In this document: positions 13,150-25,399 of the stretch, piece by piece | Layout: the number at the start of each line of letters is the position of its first letter | Position numbering within the stretch: position 1 is the first letter of the stretch | Source of the DNA: Pristiophorus japonicus | Taxonomy: Eukaryota | Length of the DNA stretch: 64,000 nucleotides | Reading direction: 5' to 3' | NCBI RefSeq assembly: GCF_044704955.1 | Contig: NC_091996.1 | Location: forward strand, 96,534,001 to 96,598,000 | Program-made: the position numbers and the translations under genes | Notes under the pieces: generated by a model | Seen by the model: the letters and a program-made list of their open reading frames with translations, nothing else | What the model was told of the DNA's origin: nothing | The model's database searches: none

Positions 13150-13475
13150 TCCGTCTTCTGAATGAGACGTTAAACCGAGGCCCCGTCTGCCCTCTCAGGT
13201 GGACGTACACAATCCCACGGCACTATTTTGAAGAAGAGCAGGGGAGTTCTCCCCGGTGTCCTGGGGCCAATATTGATCCCTCAATCAACATAACAAAAAC
13301 AGATGATCTGGGTCATTATCACATTGCTGTGTGTGGGGGCTTGCTGTGCACAAATTGTCTGCCGCGTTTCCCACATTACAACAGTGACTACGCTCCAAAA
13401 GTACTCCATTGGCTGTAAAGCGCTTTGGGACGTCCGCAGGTGCTGAAATGCGCTATATAAATGCAAGTTCTTTCT
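13150..13475 (+). mobile_element. SacSINE1-like SINE 3' half
   Basis: GAGACGTTAAACCGAGGCCCCG through GCGCTATATAAATGCAAG. Confidence 0.85.
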
Positions 13476-13589
13476 GAACCTGAAATTGGGTTCTTCTCTT
13501 GTACCTGTCCCGGGAGTTACAGCCGGGGCAATGCGGTGTGTGGGACTGTACTGTGTAACGGATAGACGCTTGTCATAAGCGCTCCCCCT

Positions 13590-13988
13590 ACCCGATCTCA
13601 AAATTCTCGTCCTTGTTTACAAATCCCTCCATGGCCCTCGCCCCTCCCTATCTCTGTAATCTCCTCCCGACCCACAACCCCCCGAGATCTCTGCGCTCCT
13701 CTAATTCTGCCCTCCTGACCATCCCTGATTATAATCGCTCCACCATCGGTGGCCGTGCCTTCTGTTGCCTGGGCCCCAAGCTCTGGAACTCCCTCCCTAA
13801 ACCTCTCCGCCTCTCTCTCCTCCTTCAAGACGCTCCTTAAAACCCACCTCTGTGACCCAGCTTTTGGCCAGCTGCGCTCATTTTTACCTGTGCGGCTCAG
13901 GGTCAGATTTTTTACCTGGTAACGCTCCTGTGAAGCGCCTTTAGACGTTTCACGACATTACAGGCGCTATATAAATACATGTTGTTGT
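13590..13988 (+). mobile_element. L2-clade LINE 3' end
   Basis: Encodes RSLRSS and GGRAFCCLGPKLWNSLP; ends in a (TTG)n tail. Confidence 0.85.
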
Positions 13989-13989
13989 C

Positions 13990-14560
13990 CCCGCCCCCGG
14001 GAGGGGCGCGGGCGAGATAGGGAACTCACCGGCAGTGAGGCGCCCGCGGGATCGCACTGTGCGCCGTTGGCCGAGGCCGGTTAGCGTGACATTTCTCGGC
14101 GTGCGCGAGGGTGCGGGGTGGGCTGGTGGTGGTGGTGGTGGGGGGGGGGGAGCGAGCGGAAAGACTGTTGCGACACCATTCGGTGAGCCATTAACCAACT
14201 CCGTTAACGACCAACCCAGCGTGAGCAGCAAGGGGAACCAGGACCTTTCCCACCTCCCCGAACCGTTACAGAGCGTCGTACTCACGGGTTAGCAACGCGC
14301 GGCGCCCCCCCCGCTCGCTTCGCCCCCGCGTTCGGGCCTCCTGTCCTTCCGGGGCCGACGTCGCCTGCGATCGCACACGCCCGTTACCTTCCCCGCTCGG
14401 GACGGGGCTCGCTCACAGCCCTTTGCGCTCGCTGCTGCAACAAGGATAGTTCAGTCAGCTGATGCACCTCGTTACCCCCGGTTAATAAGTCACCCGCTGC
14501 TATCTCCTGGGCGACGGCTGACTGGATGGCTGCAGCTCCCAGCCCGGTGAGCGACTCTGT
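13990..14560. promoter_or_regulatory. CpG-rich promoter/first-exon region, probably bidirectional
   Basis: High CpG density. Minus-strand donors at about 14030 (ccg|gtgagt), 14285 (ccc|gtgagt) and 14388 (aag|gtaacg); plus-strand donor ccg|gtgagc after 14546. Confidence 0.6.
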
Positions 14561-14872
14561 CTGCTCGTCAGTCCCTCCCCCTCCCTGTCCAACCCCACCT
14601 CGCTGTCCAACCCCAGCCTCCCCTTCTCTCTCCCCAAACCCTGTCCACACACGCCGTCATCAGAAATGGGAGCAGGAGTCGGCCATTCGGCCCCTCGAGC
14701 CTGCTCCGCCATTCAATCAGATCACCGCTGATCTTCGACCTCAACTCCACTTTCCCGCCCGATCCCTCGATTCTCCGAGAGTCCCAGAATCTATCGATCT
14801 CAGCCCTGAATATACTTCAGTGACCCAAGCCTCCACAGCCCTCTGGGGCACACAATATTCACAACCCTCGGG

Positions 14873-15400
14873 TGTCAGCTGTGGCTCAGTGGGTAGCACT
14901 CTCCCCTCTGGGCCACAAGGTCGTGGATTCAAGTCCCACTCCAGGGACTTGAGCACAAAAATCTAGTACTGAGGGAGCCCCCTCCGACAGTGCGGCGCTC
15001 CCTCAGTACTGCCCCTCCGACAGTGCGGCGCTCCCTCAGTACTGCCCCTCCGACAGTGCGGCGCTCCCTCAGTGCAGCCCCTCCGACAGTGCGGCGCTCC
15101 CTCAGTACTGCCCCTCCGACAGTGCGGCGCTCCCTCAGTACTGCCCCTCCGACAGTGCGGCGCTCCCTCAGTACTGCCCCTCCCACAGTGCGGCGCTCCC
15201 TCAGTACTGCCCCTCCGACAGTGCGGCGCTCCCTCAGTACTGCCCCTCTGACAGTGCGGCACTCCCTCAGTACTGCCCCTCCGACAGTGCGGCGCTCCCT
15301 CAGTACTGCACTGGGAGTGTCAGCCTGGATTTATGTGCTCGAGTCCCTGGAGTGGGATTTGAACTCAGAGGCGGATGTGCTGCCCACTGAGCCACGGCTG
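14873..15400. mobile_element. Two SINE heads facing inward around a 33-bp array
   Basis: Plus head with A/B boxes at 14873-14965, array at 14980-15310, minus head at 15310-15400. Confidence 0.8.
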
Positions 15401-15959
15401 TGAGTGAAGTGAGAGCGTTTGAGAGAGAGAGGGCATGTGCGTGTGTGTGTGTGTGTGTGTGTGTAAATGAGTCATTAAGGCAAGACCTGAGCCGATCAAA
15501 TCTCATTCAGCCACTGGCACATCGTGCCCCCTGCAGACAACCTGCAGCATTCCATGGTTCTACCCCCGGAGTAAGTGGAAATGGAGGGTTTGGGACATGT
15601 TCATGAAAATACCACTTGGGGCCAATGACACACTTTTTGTCGAAGTGTGGTCACTGCGGGATTTGCGGCCCGCCAATTTGCGCACAGCAAGCTCCCACAA
15701 ACACGCGATGTGACAGTGGCCCGGGTCATCGGGAGGTTGAGGGATAAATATTCTCACTCCCCCGCCTTTGATCTGTAAACCCCAGCAACGGCCCTTAGAA
15801 AGCCAGTGACCAGGTGCTTTGCCCGAGGTCACGTCACAGGAGCCCCTCGCCGTCAGTCGTTGGTTCATACCCCCCCCCCCTCGGCAGGAAATAGTCAGCG
15901 ATTGGCACCTAAACGGACCCCCTCAGGACTGGTTAAACTGGCCCTTTAAAAGGGACCCC

Positions 15960-16390
15960 TGCAGAACACAAGAATTAGGAGCAGGAGTTGGCCATTCGGC
16001 CCCTCGAGCTGCTCCACCAGTCAGTGAGATCATGGCTGATCTTCGACCTCAATCCCACTTTCCCGCCTGATCCCCATATCCCTCGATTTCCTTAATATCC
16101 AAAAATCTATCGATCTCGGCCTTGAATATACTCAGAGACTGAGCCTCCACAGCCCTCTGGGGCCGAGAATTCCAAAGATTCCCCTCCCTCTGCTCAATCT
16201 CTCCTCATAGGACAACCCCCCCATCCCAGGAATCAGTCTGGTGAACCTTCGCTGCACTCCCTCTGTGGCAAAGTATATCCTTCCTTCGGTAAGGAGACCG
16301 ACACTGTCCACAATACTCCAGGTGTGGTCTCACCAGGGCCCGATATAATTGCAGGAAGATGTCGTCAAATCCTCTTGTAATAAAGGCCAC
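15960..16390 (-). mobile_element. CR1 3' fragment (a similar one lies at 14655-14870)
   Basis: Encodes [15 protein letters not shown]; CR1 3' UTR present. Confidence 0.8.
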
Positions 16391-16704
16391 AGTTCCACAA
16401 AGAACAGTGCAAACCGGCACTGAAAGGGGAAACGGTCCCCGTGTTTGCTGATCGCGACACAGGACAGCGTACTCGTGGGTTGCGCGTGACGTTTTCCCAT
16501 GTGACCCAGCAGCATTCGAGGGGGCGTTACATCGGAGAGACCGGCTGATCTTTAAACACTTTGCTCACCAACTAAATCTTTGAAGATATTGAAGCTGGGC
16601 TCAGGGGTTGGGCGCTGTGGGTAGCGAATACACACACGCAAATGTGCACATACATGTACACACGCACGCACGCACACACACACCCCATGCACACACGCTC
16701 ACAC

Positions 16705-17740
16705 TCATCATAGGCAGTCCCTCGGAATCGAGGAAGACTTGCTTCCGCTCTAAAAATGAGTTCTCAGGTGACTGAACAGTCCAATTCGGGAGCCACAGTC
16801 CCTGTCACAGGTGGGACAGACAGAGGTTGAGGGAAGGGGAGGGTGGGACTGGTTTGCCGCACGCTCCTTCCGCTGCCTGCGCTTGTTTTCTGCACGCTCT
16901 CGGCGACGAGATTTGAGGTGCTCAGCGCCCTCCCGGATGCACTTCCTCCACTTAGGGCGGACTGGTCTTTGGCCAGGGACTCCCAGGTGTCAGTGGGGAT
17001 GTTGCACTTTATCAGGGAGGCTTTGAGGGTGGTCCCTTGTAACGTTTCCTCTGCCCACCTTTGGCTCGTTTGCCGTGACGAGTTCCGAGTAGAGCGCTTG
17101 CTTTGGGAGTCTCGTGTCAGGCATGTGGACAATGTGGCCCTGCCCAGCGGAGCTGATCGAGTGTGGTCAGTGCTTCGATGCTGGGGATGTTGGCCTGGTC
17201 GAGGACGCTAACGTTGGTGCGTCTGTCCTCCCAGGGGATTTGTAGGATCTTGCGGAGACATCGTTGGTGATATTTCTCCAGCGACTTGAGGTGTCTACTG
17301 TACATGGTCCATGTCTCTGAGCCATACAGGAGGGCGGGTATTACTACAGCCCTGTAGACCATGGGCTTGGTGGTAGGTTTGGGGGCCTGGTCTTCAAACA
17401 CTCTTTTCCTTAGGTGGCCAAAGGCTGCACTGGCGCACTGGAGGCAGTGTTGGATCTCGTCGTCGATGTCTGCTCTTGTTGATAGGAGGCTCCCGACGTA
17501 TGGTAAATGGTCCACGTTGTCCAGGGCCGCGCCGTGGATCTTGATGGCTGGGGGGCAGTGCTGTGCGGCGAGGACAGGCTGGTGGAGGACCTTTGTCTCA
17601 CGGATGTTTAGTGTAAGGCCCATGTTTTAGTACTCTTCGGTAAATACGTCGACTAAGTCCTGGAGTTCAGCCTCTGTGTGTGCACAGACGCAGGCGTCGT
17701 CCGCGTACTGTAGCTCGACGACAGAGGTCGGGGTGGTCAC
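16705..17740 (-). mobile_element. RTE-clade LINE 3' fragment
   Basis: ORF 17117-17623 contains VIPALLYGSETW; (TGA) tail at 16705. Confidence 0.9.
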
Positions 17741-17741
17741 G

Positions 17742-18212
17742 CTCACACACGCACGTGCGCACACACACACACTTACACACACACACGCACACGCGTACAC
17801 ACATGCTCACGCACGCATACATGCTCAAGCACGCAAACATGCTCGCACGCGCACGCATGCGTACATACATGCTTGCACACACGCGCATGCGTACACACAT
17901 GCTCGCATACACATGCTCGCACACGTGTACACGCATGCTCGCTCACTCACACACATACACAGATGCTCGCACACGCACTCACACACACACGTACACTGCT
18001 CGCTCACACACACACGCTCGCACACGCACTCACACACGTACACAGATGCTCGCACACGCACACACGTACACAAATGCTCGCTCACACGTACACACACACT
18101 CACACACGTACACAGATGCTCGCACACACACACGTACACAAATGCTCGCTCACGCACACACACACACTCACCTACGTACACAGATGCTCGCACACACACA
18201 CGTACACACATG

Positions 18213-18252
<40 letters not shown>
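17742..18252. repeat. Degenerate CA-rich microsatellite/minisatellite
   Basis: (CA)n interspersed with CACGTACACAGATGCTCG motifs. Confidence 0.9.
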
Positions 18253-18254
<2 letters not shown>

Positions 18255-18693
18255 GCTCCTGTGACTGTGCAGCTACTATCCTTCCTGTTACAAACAGTTG
18301 AAATTTGGAACGGACTGTCGCCTACCTCCCGGTCCTCCTCATTGATGGCAGTTCCCAGCCGAGTGTGAGGCGAGTTTGAAGGAGGACAGTGGGATGGGCG
18401 AGCTGCCCGCTCCGGTCTCAGCCTCCTCCGAGGTCTGCGCTCTCTGGTCCAGCACAGCTCGGGTCTATTGAAGTTAATCAGCCGTCAGCCACGCTCAGTG
18501 ACTGTGATGTAAGACTCACTGCCCCTCACCCACACCCAGGTCTGGTCAGTGCTCAGTGCAATGCACGACTGCACACTCCAGCACCACTCAGTCGTCGCAT
18601 ATGTCGATGTCTTGTTTTAATATGAAAAGGAACATCCTTTATAAAAACTGGCATGGTCCATTCTGATAAAAAAAAATGTGGTTGATCTCTAAA

Positions 18694-19710
18694 AACTTGC
18701 ATTTATATAGCGCCTTTCACGACCACCGGACGTCTCCAAGCGCTTTACAGCCAATGAAGTACTTTTGGAGTGTAGTCACATCGCTGTTGTAATGTGGGAA
18801 ATGCCAATTTGCGCACAGCAAGCTCCCACACACAGCAATGTGATAATGACCCGGATAATCTGTTTTAGTGATGTTGATTGAGGGATAAATATTGGCCCCA
18901 GGACACTGGGGAGAACTCCCCTGCTCTTCTTCCAAATAGTGCCGTGGGATCTTTTACATCCACCTGAGAGAGCAGACGGGGCCTCGGTTTAACGTCTCAT
19001 CCAAAAGACGGCACCTCCGACAGTGCGGCGCTCCCTCAGTACCACCCCTCCGACAGTGCGGCGCTCCCTCAGTACCACCCCTCCGACAGTGCGGTGCTCC
19101 CTCAGTACTGCCCCTCCGACACTGCGGTGCTCGTTCAGTACAGCCTCTCCGACAGTGCGGTGCTCCCTCAGTACTGCCTCTCCGACAGTGCGGTGCTCCC
19201 TCAGTACTGCCCCTCCGACAGTGTGGCACTCCCTCAGTACTGCCTCTCCGACAGTGCGGTTCTCCCTCAGTACTGCCCCTCCGACAGTGCGGCACTCCCT
19301 CAGTACTGCCCCTCCGACAGTGCGGTTCTCCCTCAGTACTGCCCCTCCGACAGTGCGGCACTCCCTCAGCACTGCCCCTCCGACAGTGCGGCGCTCCCTC
19401 AGCACTGCCCCTCCGACAGTGCGGCACTCCCTCAGCACTGCCCCTCCGACAATGCGGCGCTCCCTCAGCACTGCCCCTCCGACAGTGCGGCGCTCCCTCA
19501 GCACTGCCCCTCCGACAGTGCGGCACTCCCTCAGTACTGCCCCTCCGACAGTGCGGCACTCCCTCAGCACTGCCCCTCCGACAGTGCGGCACTCCCTCAG
19601 CACTGCATTGGGAATGTCGGTCTGGATTTTTGCGCTCAAGTCCCTGGAGCGGGACTTGAACCCACGACCTCTGACTCAGAGTGTGCTGCCCACTGAGCCA
19701 CGGCTGACAC
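18694..19710 (-). mobile_element. Full-length SacSINE1-like SINE with about 18 units of the 33-bp repeat
   Basis: tRNA-like head at 19620-19710, array at 19015-19605, body and tail down to 18694. Confidence 0.9.
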
Positions 19711-19949
19711 TCTAAGGAAAAGAAGTTGGACTGGTCGGCCTAAACGTCTTCGTTTTTTGAACCTGTAAGATATTCCTCAGTGTGCAGAGCGCGAGAGGCC
19801 ACGCCCACAACCTGGAAGTCTCTCTCCCAAAAGGCTTTTGAGGTTGGGGGTGGGTTCCGTTGGAGCTTTCAAGACGGAGATCGACAGATTTTGGTTGGGC
19901 GAGGTCTTTAAGGGTTACAGAACCTGGGCAGGTAGATGGAGTTGGCTCA

Positions 19950-20638
19950 CATAAGAAATAGGAGTCGGTCATTTAAGCCCTCGAGCCTGCTCCGCCATTT
20001 AATACGATCATGGCTGATCTGATCATGGACTCAGCTCCACTTCCCCGCCCGCTCCCCATAACCCTTTACTCCCTTATCGTTCAAAAATCTGTCTATCTCC
20101 ACCTTAAATATAGTCAATGACCCAGCCTCCACAGCTCTCTGGGGCAGAGAATTCCACAGATTTACAACCCTCTGAGAGAAGAAATTTCTCCTCATCTCTG
20201 TTTTAAATGGGCGGCCCCTTATTCTAAGACCATGCCCCCTAGTTCTAGTCTCCCCCATCAGTGGAAACATCCTCTCTGCATCCACCTTGTCAAGCCCCCT
20301 CATAATCTTATACCTTTCGATAAGATCACCTCTCATTCTTCTGAATTCCAATGAGTAGAGGCCCAACCTCCTCAACCTTTCCTCATAAGTCAACCCCCTC
20401 ATCCCCGGAATCAACCGAGTGAACCTTCTCTGAACTGCCTCCAAAGCAAGTATATCCTTTCGTAAATATGGAAACCAAAACTGCACGCAGTACTCCAGGT
20501 GTGGCCTCACCAATACCCTGTATAACTGGAGCAAGACTTCCCTGCTTTTATACTCCATCCCCTTTGCAATAAAGGCCAAGATACCATTGACCTTCCTGAT
20601 CACTTGCTGTACCTGCATACTAACCTTTTGTGTTTCAT
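19950..20638 (-). mobile_element. CR1 3' fragment
   Basis: ORF 20031-20699 contains [17 protein letters not shown]; TTCTTATG tail. Confidence 0.92.
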
Positions 20639-20794
20639 CGCAGATCAACCTTCTCCTGTCCCAATGATCTATGCGCCAGAGATTGCCATAAAAATGCATC
20701 TGGGGGCCTCCTCCCCTTCACCGGGATCCTTTGAGGGACTGTTACCTTTTGGCTGGTGTGGACTGAGCCTCCGCTCACGGGTTGCTGGGTTACA

Positions 20795-21740
20795 GTATCG
20801 CCAACCATGATTGGCTGGATTCCTGGCGGTTCCATCACATGATCTCCTGCCTCCCACCGTCCCACCCAATCAAACAGCCTTTTCAATCTAACCCTACATT
20901 GATCCCTGGGATAAGAGAGTTGGCATAGGAGGAGAGGTTGAGTCGATTGGGCTTACTCTACTCTTTGGAGTTTAGAAGAATGAGAGGTGATATTGATTGT
21001 ATAAAATTAAGAGGGCTTGACAGGTTGGATAAGCAGGAGATTTTGGTGTAGTCCATTGCCGTTCAGTGTTTTTTTTGACAATTACATCTACCTATTAAGA
21101 AGTCAGGGCAAAAGATTAGGACAAAGCAGCCCGCTTGATTGGTATCCCATCCACCACCTTCAACATTCACTCCCTCCACCACTGGCGCACCGTGGTGAAT
21201 CTTTGGAATTCTCTACCCCAGAGGACTGGGGACGTTGAGTATATTCAAGGCTGAGATCGATAGATTTTTGGAGTCTCGGGGAATCGAGGGATATGGGGAT
21301 CGGGCGGGAAAGTGGAGTTGAGGTTGAAGATCAGCCGTGATCTCATTAAATGGCAGAGCGGGCTCGAGGGGCCGAATGGCCGACTGCTATTTGTAAGGAT
21401 CCAATCTATAATGCCCTCTAACTGGGAGGTAGAACGCCCTCGATCTGAATTAAGAAACTGTCAGTGTGAGGAACGCCATTTTTAACTGCACATGGCTACT
21501 CGACAATAGAGAGTGACATTGAACTTAATGAGTTGTTCAGGACTATAAATACACTAATTCTGATATTGTCCCATCTCCAATATTTCTATAACTAATCAAA
21601 AGTGTTTGAAGAATATGAAAATAAAAGTTTCTTGAAAACCCCCGGTTATTTTTCTCCCGGGGTTTTTGTCGGAGCTGTGTCCCGGAGATTAATCTCCGAT
21701 TCCTGGAGACGCCAGGCCCGTCCTGGAGGGTTAGTGACCC
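20795..21740 (+). mobile_element. Degenerate hAT-like MITE split by a CR1 fragment (about 20915-21390) and further sequence
   Basis: Both ends match the element at 41229-41567. Confidence 0.5.
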
Positions 21741-21967
21741 TGCTCGACTGTGGGAGGGTGAGGAGCGGAGAGACAGGCCCCGGGGGTCCAGCTGTGGAAT
21801 GCTCGCCTTGAAAAGTACAGGGCCTACTGTTGGATGGAGGGCCTGGGCTCCGGGTGATTTCCTGCCCCTCTCCTTCGCTTGCCGTGACTCTGTATCACAG
21901 CCCGCCAGTGTGGGCAGTAAGGCCGTGCTCGGGATCGAGGCCATCAACATGTCGGAGAACACAATCA

Positions 21968-22135
21968 NNNNNNNNNNNNNNNNNNNNNNNNNNNNNNNNN
22001 NNNNNNNNNNNNNNNNNNNNNNNNNNNNNNNNNNNNNNNNNNNNNNNNNNNNNNNNNNNNNNNNNNNNNNNNNNNNNNNNNNNNNNNNNNNNNNNNNNNN
22101 NNNNNNNNNNNNNNNNNNNNNNNNNNNNNNNNNNN
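21968..22135. other. Assembly gap
   Basis: Run of N. Confidence 1.
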
Positions 22136-22650
22136 GAGAGAAGGAGTCAGAGAGAGAGGGAGAGTCAGAGAGAGAGAGAGAGAGAGAGAGTCAGAGAGAG
22201 AGAGTTAGAGGGAGTCAGAGAGAGAGGGGGAGTCAGAGCGAGAGAGTGAGTCAGAGAGAGAGAGTCAGAGAGAGTGAGATAGAGGGAGGCAGAGAGAGTG
22301 AGAGAGAGATATAGAGAGAATCAGAGAGGCAGAGAGAGAGAGAGGGGGAGTCAGAGAGAGAGAGATAGAGAGAATCAGAGAGATAGGGAGAGGGAGACAG
22401 AGAGAGACAGAGAGGGAGTCAGAGAGAGAGAGGGGGGGGGGGGAGTTGGAGGGAGAGACAGAGATAGAGGGAGATAGAGAGTCAGAGATATACAGAGAGA
22501 AAGAGTGAGGGAGAGAAAGAGAGGGAGAGAGAGAGATAGAAACAGGGAGAGGGAAAGAAAGACAAAGAAAGAGAGAGACAGACAGAGTGAGATAGAGTGA
22601 GGGAGTTAGAAAACAGTGTGAGATGAGGGAGAGAGATGGAGAGAGAGCCT
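22136..22650. repeat. GA-rich low-complexity repeat
   Basis: (GA)n with GTCAGA interruptions. Confidence 0.9.
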
Positions 22651-22984
22651 GTGTCAGCACAATGAGTGTTGGGTTGGAAGAACTCGATGGAAAGATGGAG
22701 TTTGGAGAAGGTTCAGTGTATAAATAGCTGGCTGTTCAAACACAGGCATTGAGCAATGCAGGCACTTACCCGTGTCAACAGCAGGCCAGCCCCTGCAGCT
22801 CCCCGATGGCTCAGTCAGCCTACCCCCCCCCACCACCGAGGTGCCTGTGGGCCAGGGAGACCCAGGTTCAGTTCCCGGCCTGGGCAGAGTCAAGCAGGGC
22901 CGGAGTGATCCAATCTATCCTAGTGATTGCAGCCTGGGAAAGGTGGGACCCAATCTCCTCGCCCTGACAGCTAGCCAGTGCCTC

Positions 22985-23255
22985 TTGCGGACGCCCCACA
23001 GTGCTTTACAGCCAATGGAGTACTTTTGGAGTATAGTCACATCACTGTTGTAATGTGGGAAACGCCAATTTACGCACAGCAAGCTCCCACACACAGCGAT
23101 GTGATAATGGCCTGGATCATCTGTTTTAGTGATGTTGATTGAGGGATAAATATTGGCCCCAGGACACCGGGGAGAACTCCCCTGCTCTTCTTTCAAATAG
23201 TGGCCATGGGATCTTTTACCTTCACCTGAGAGGGCAGAAGGGGCCTCGGTTTAAC
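22985..23255 (-). mobile_element. SacSINE1-like SINE 3' half
   Basis: Matches the body of the other copies. Confidence 0.85.
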
Positions 23256-23739
23256 ATGAGAAACATGAGGGGGGCCGAGTATAGATCCTTGTGGGAGGGA
23301 GACGACACCAGAGCAACGGGAGAGGGGCGAGCGCGTGATTCGATGTTCCAGCTTGGGGTGGACTGCAGTCTGTAACCTCTGTATTGCGAATAAAACATTA
23401 CGTGCTGCATTGTTGGATGTTTAATGGAGCGATTGTGCAAACAGCGAGAAGCTCGATCGGCACATTTTGATCCCGCACTGTTTGTTCAGGAAGAGAAAAA
23501 CATGACGGTCGGCCGAGAGCGAAATGGTCAGAGCTGGACAGCACTTAGCAGCTAATTGAAGCCATTAGGCCCATCTGTCAGCAGACAGGAGAACAGCACT
23601 CGGCCGTTACCCTCCCCACTGCGAGGCCACACGGAGCCACCGACAGATCTGGCGTAGACTGGAGGGAGAGAGAGAAAAGCACGTTGTAAAGGGTCGTTGT
23701 GAATCGTCACCAAACCACTGACTCCCACCTCCGTAACAT

Positions 23740-24955
23740 CGCCCGTCTCTCCCCCCTGGCCTCACCTCATCCATTGCCCAAACCCTCGTCCATGCCTTCA
23801 TTACCTCCAGACTTGACTATTCCAATGCACTCCTGGCCGGCCTCCCACATTCTACCCGACGTAAAGTACAGGTGATCCAAAACTCGGCTGCCCCATGTCC
23901 TAACTCGCACCGAGTCCCGCTCACCCATCACCCACTGTGCTCGCTGCCCCGTGTCCTAACTCGCACCGAGTCCCACTCACCCATCACCTCCTGTGCTCAC
24001 TGCCCCGTGTCCTAACTCACACCGAGTCCCGCTCACCCATCACCCCCTGTGCTCGCTGCCCCGTGTCCTAACTCGCACCGAGTCCCACTCACCCATCACC
24101 CACTGTGCTCGCTGCCCCGTGTCCTAACTCGCACCGAGTCCCGCTCACCCATCACCCCCTGTGCTCGCTGCCCCGTGTCCTAACTCGCACCGAGTCCCAC
24201 TCACCCATCACACTCTGTGCTCACTGCCTCGTGTCCTAACTCGCACCGAGTCCCGCTCACCCATCACCCCCTGTGCTCGCTGCCTCGTGTCCTAACTCGC
24301 ACCGAGTCCCGCTCACCCATCACCCTCTGTGCTCGCTGCCCCGTGTCCTAACTCGCACCAAGTCCTGCTCACCGATCACCCCCTGTGCTCACTGCCCCAT
24401 GTCCTAACTCGCACCAAGTCCCGCTCACCGATCACCCCCTGTGCTCACTGCCCCATGTCCTAACTCGCACCAAGTCCCGCTCACCCATCACCCTCTGTGC
24501 TCACTGCCTCGTGTCCTAACTCACATCGAATCCCGCTCACCCATCACCCCCTGTGCTCACTGACCTACATTGGCTCCGGGTTAAGCAACTCCTCGATTTC
24601 AAAATTCTCATCCTGGTTTGCAAGTCCCTCCATGGCTCTCTCCTCTCCCCTCCCGATCTCTGTAATCTCCAGCCCCACAAATCCCCGAGATCTTTGCGCT
24701 CCTCCAATTCTTGCATATCGCTCGATTATAATCGCTCGATTATAATCGCTCCACCATTGGTGGCCGTGCCTTCTGTTGCCTGGGCCCCAAGCTCTGGAAC
24801 TCCCTCCCTAAACCTCTGCATCTCTCCTCCTTTCAGATGCTCTTTAAAACCTACCTCTTAGTCTAAGTTTTAGCTCATGTGTCCGAATATCTCCTCATGT
24901 AGCTGGGTGTCAAGCTGTGCCTGATTAGGCTCCTGTGAAGACCTTGGGACGTTAC
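23740..24955 (+). mobile_element. L2-clade LINE 3' end with a 56-bp array (about 23888-24562, about 12 units)
   Basis: Encodes [19 protein letters not shown] and DLHWL; period 56 bp (23888 to 23944). Confidence 0.88.
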
Positions 24956-24981
24956 AGTTCACGTTACCACTTCTCCAGCTT

Positions 24982-25333
24982 TGTAATTCACCAAGCGCTG
25001 CTCGTGAGATACATGGAATATACACCAAGTTTGGAAAGTTCTGTTCAAGATCGAAGGTATCCTCTTCCTAACAGAAAACCAGTAGTTAAGTTTGATTTGT
25101 AAATATATCTCTTGTCCATATCTCTTGTGTATAACCATGCAAGTTATGTATGATTACTTTGTTAGGATTACTTCTTCATTAAGGACAGAAAAGTGTAATA
25201 TAGAGCCCCATCTAGTGGACTACTGTGGTAATGCAACTGCTGATCTAAATACAATAAAAGCATCATGTGACTAGGTCAGCTGACAAGTCCGTCTTGTAAG
25301 CGTGTTTTTGTGATGTTGTAAAGAATATATCTC
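24982..25333 (+). mobile_element. Possible solo LTR
   Basis: TGTAA...CA ends and an internal AATAAA; no clear TSD. Confidence 0.35.
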
Positions 25334-25399
25334 AATACTCGTGTAAAGAATGGGTGACTTATGAACCCAGATTGTCCGCACAGGAGTAGATCAAAGTAG

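Noticed and set aside
18298-18470. Selenoprotein via in-frame TGA (PPH*WQF)
   Set aside because: No recognisable selenoprotein motif or SECIS element seen.
19620-19710. tRNA gene (also at 14873, 36400, 38232, 39289, 42300)
   Set aside because: The A/B boxes belong to SINE heads; there is no complete cloverleaf.
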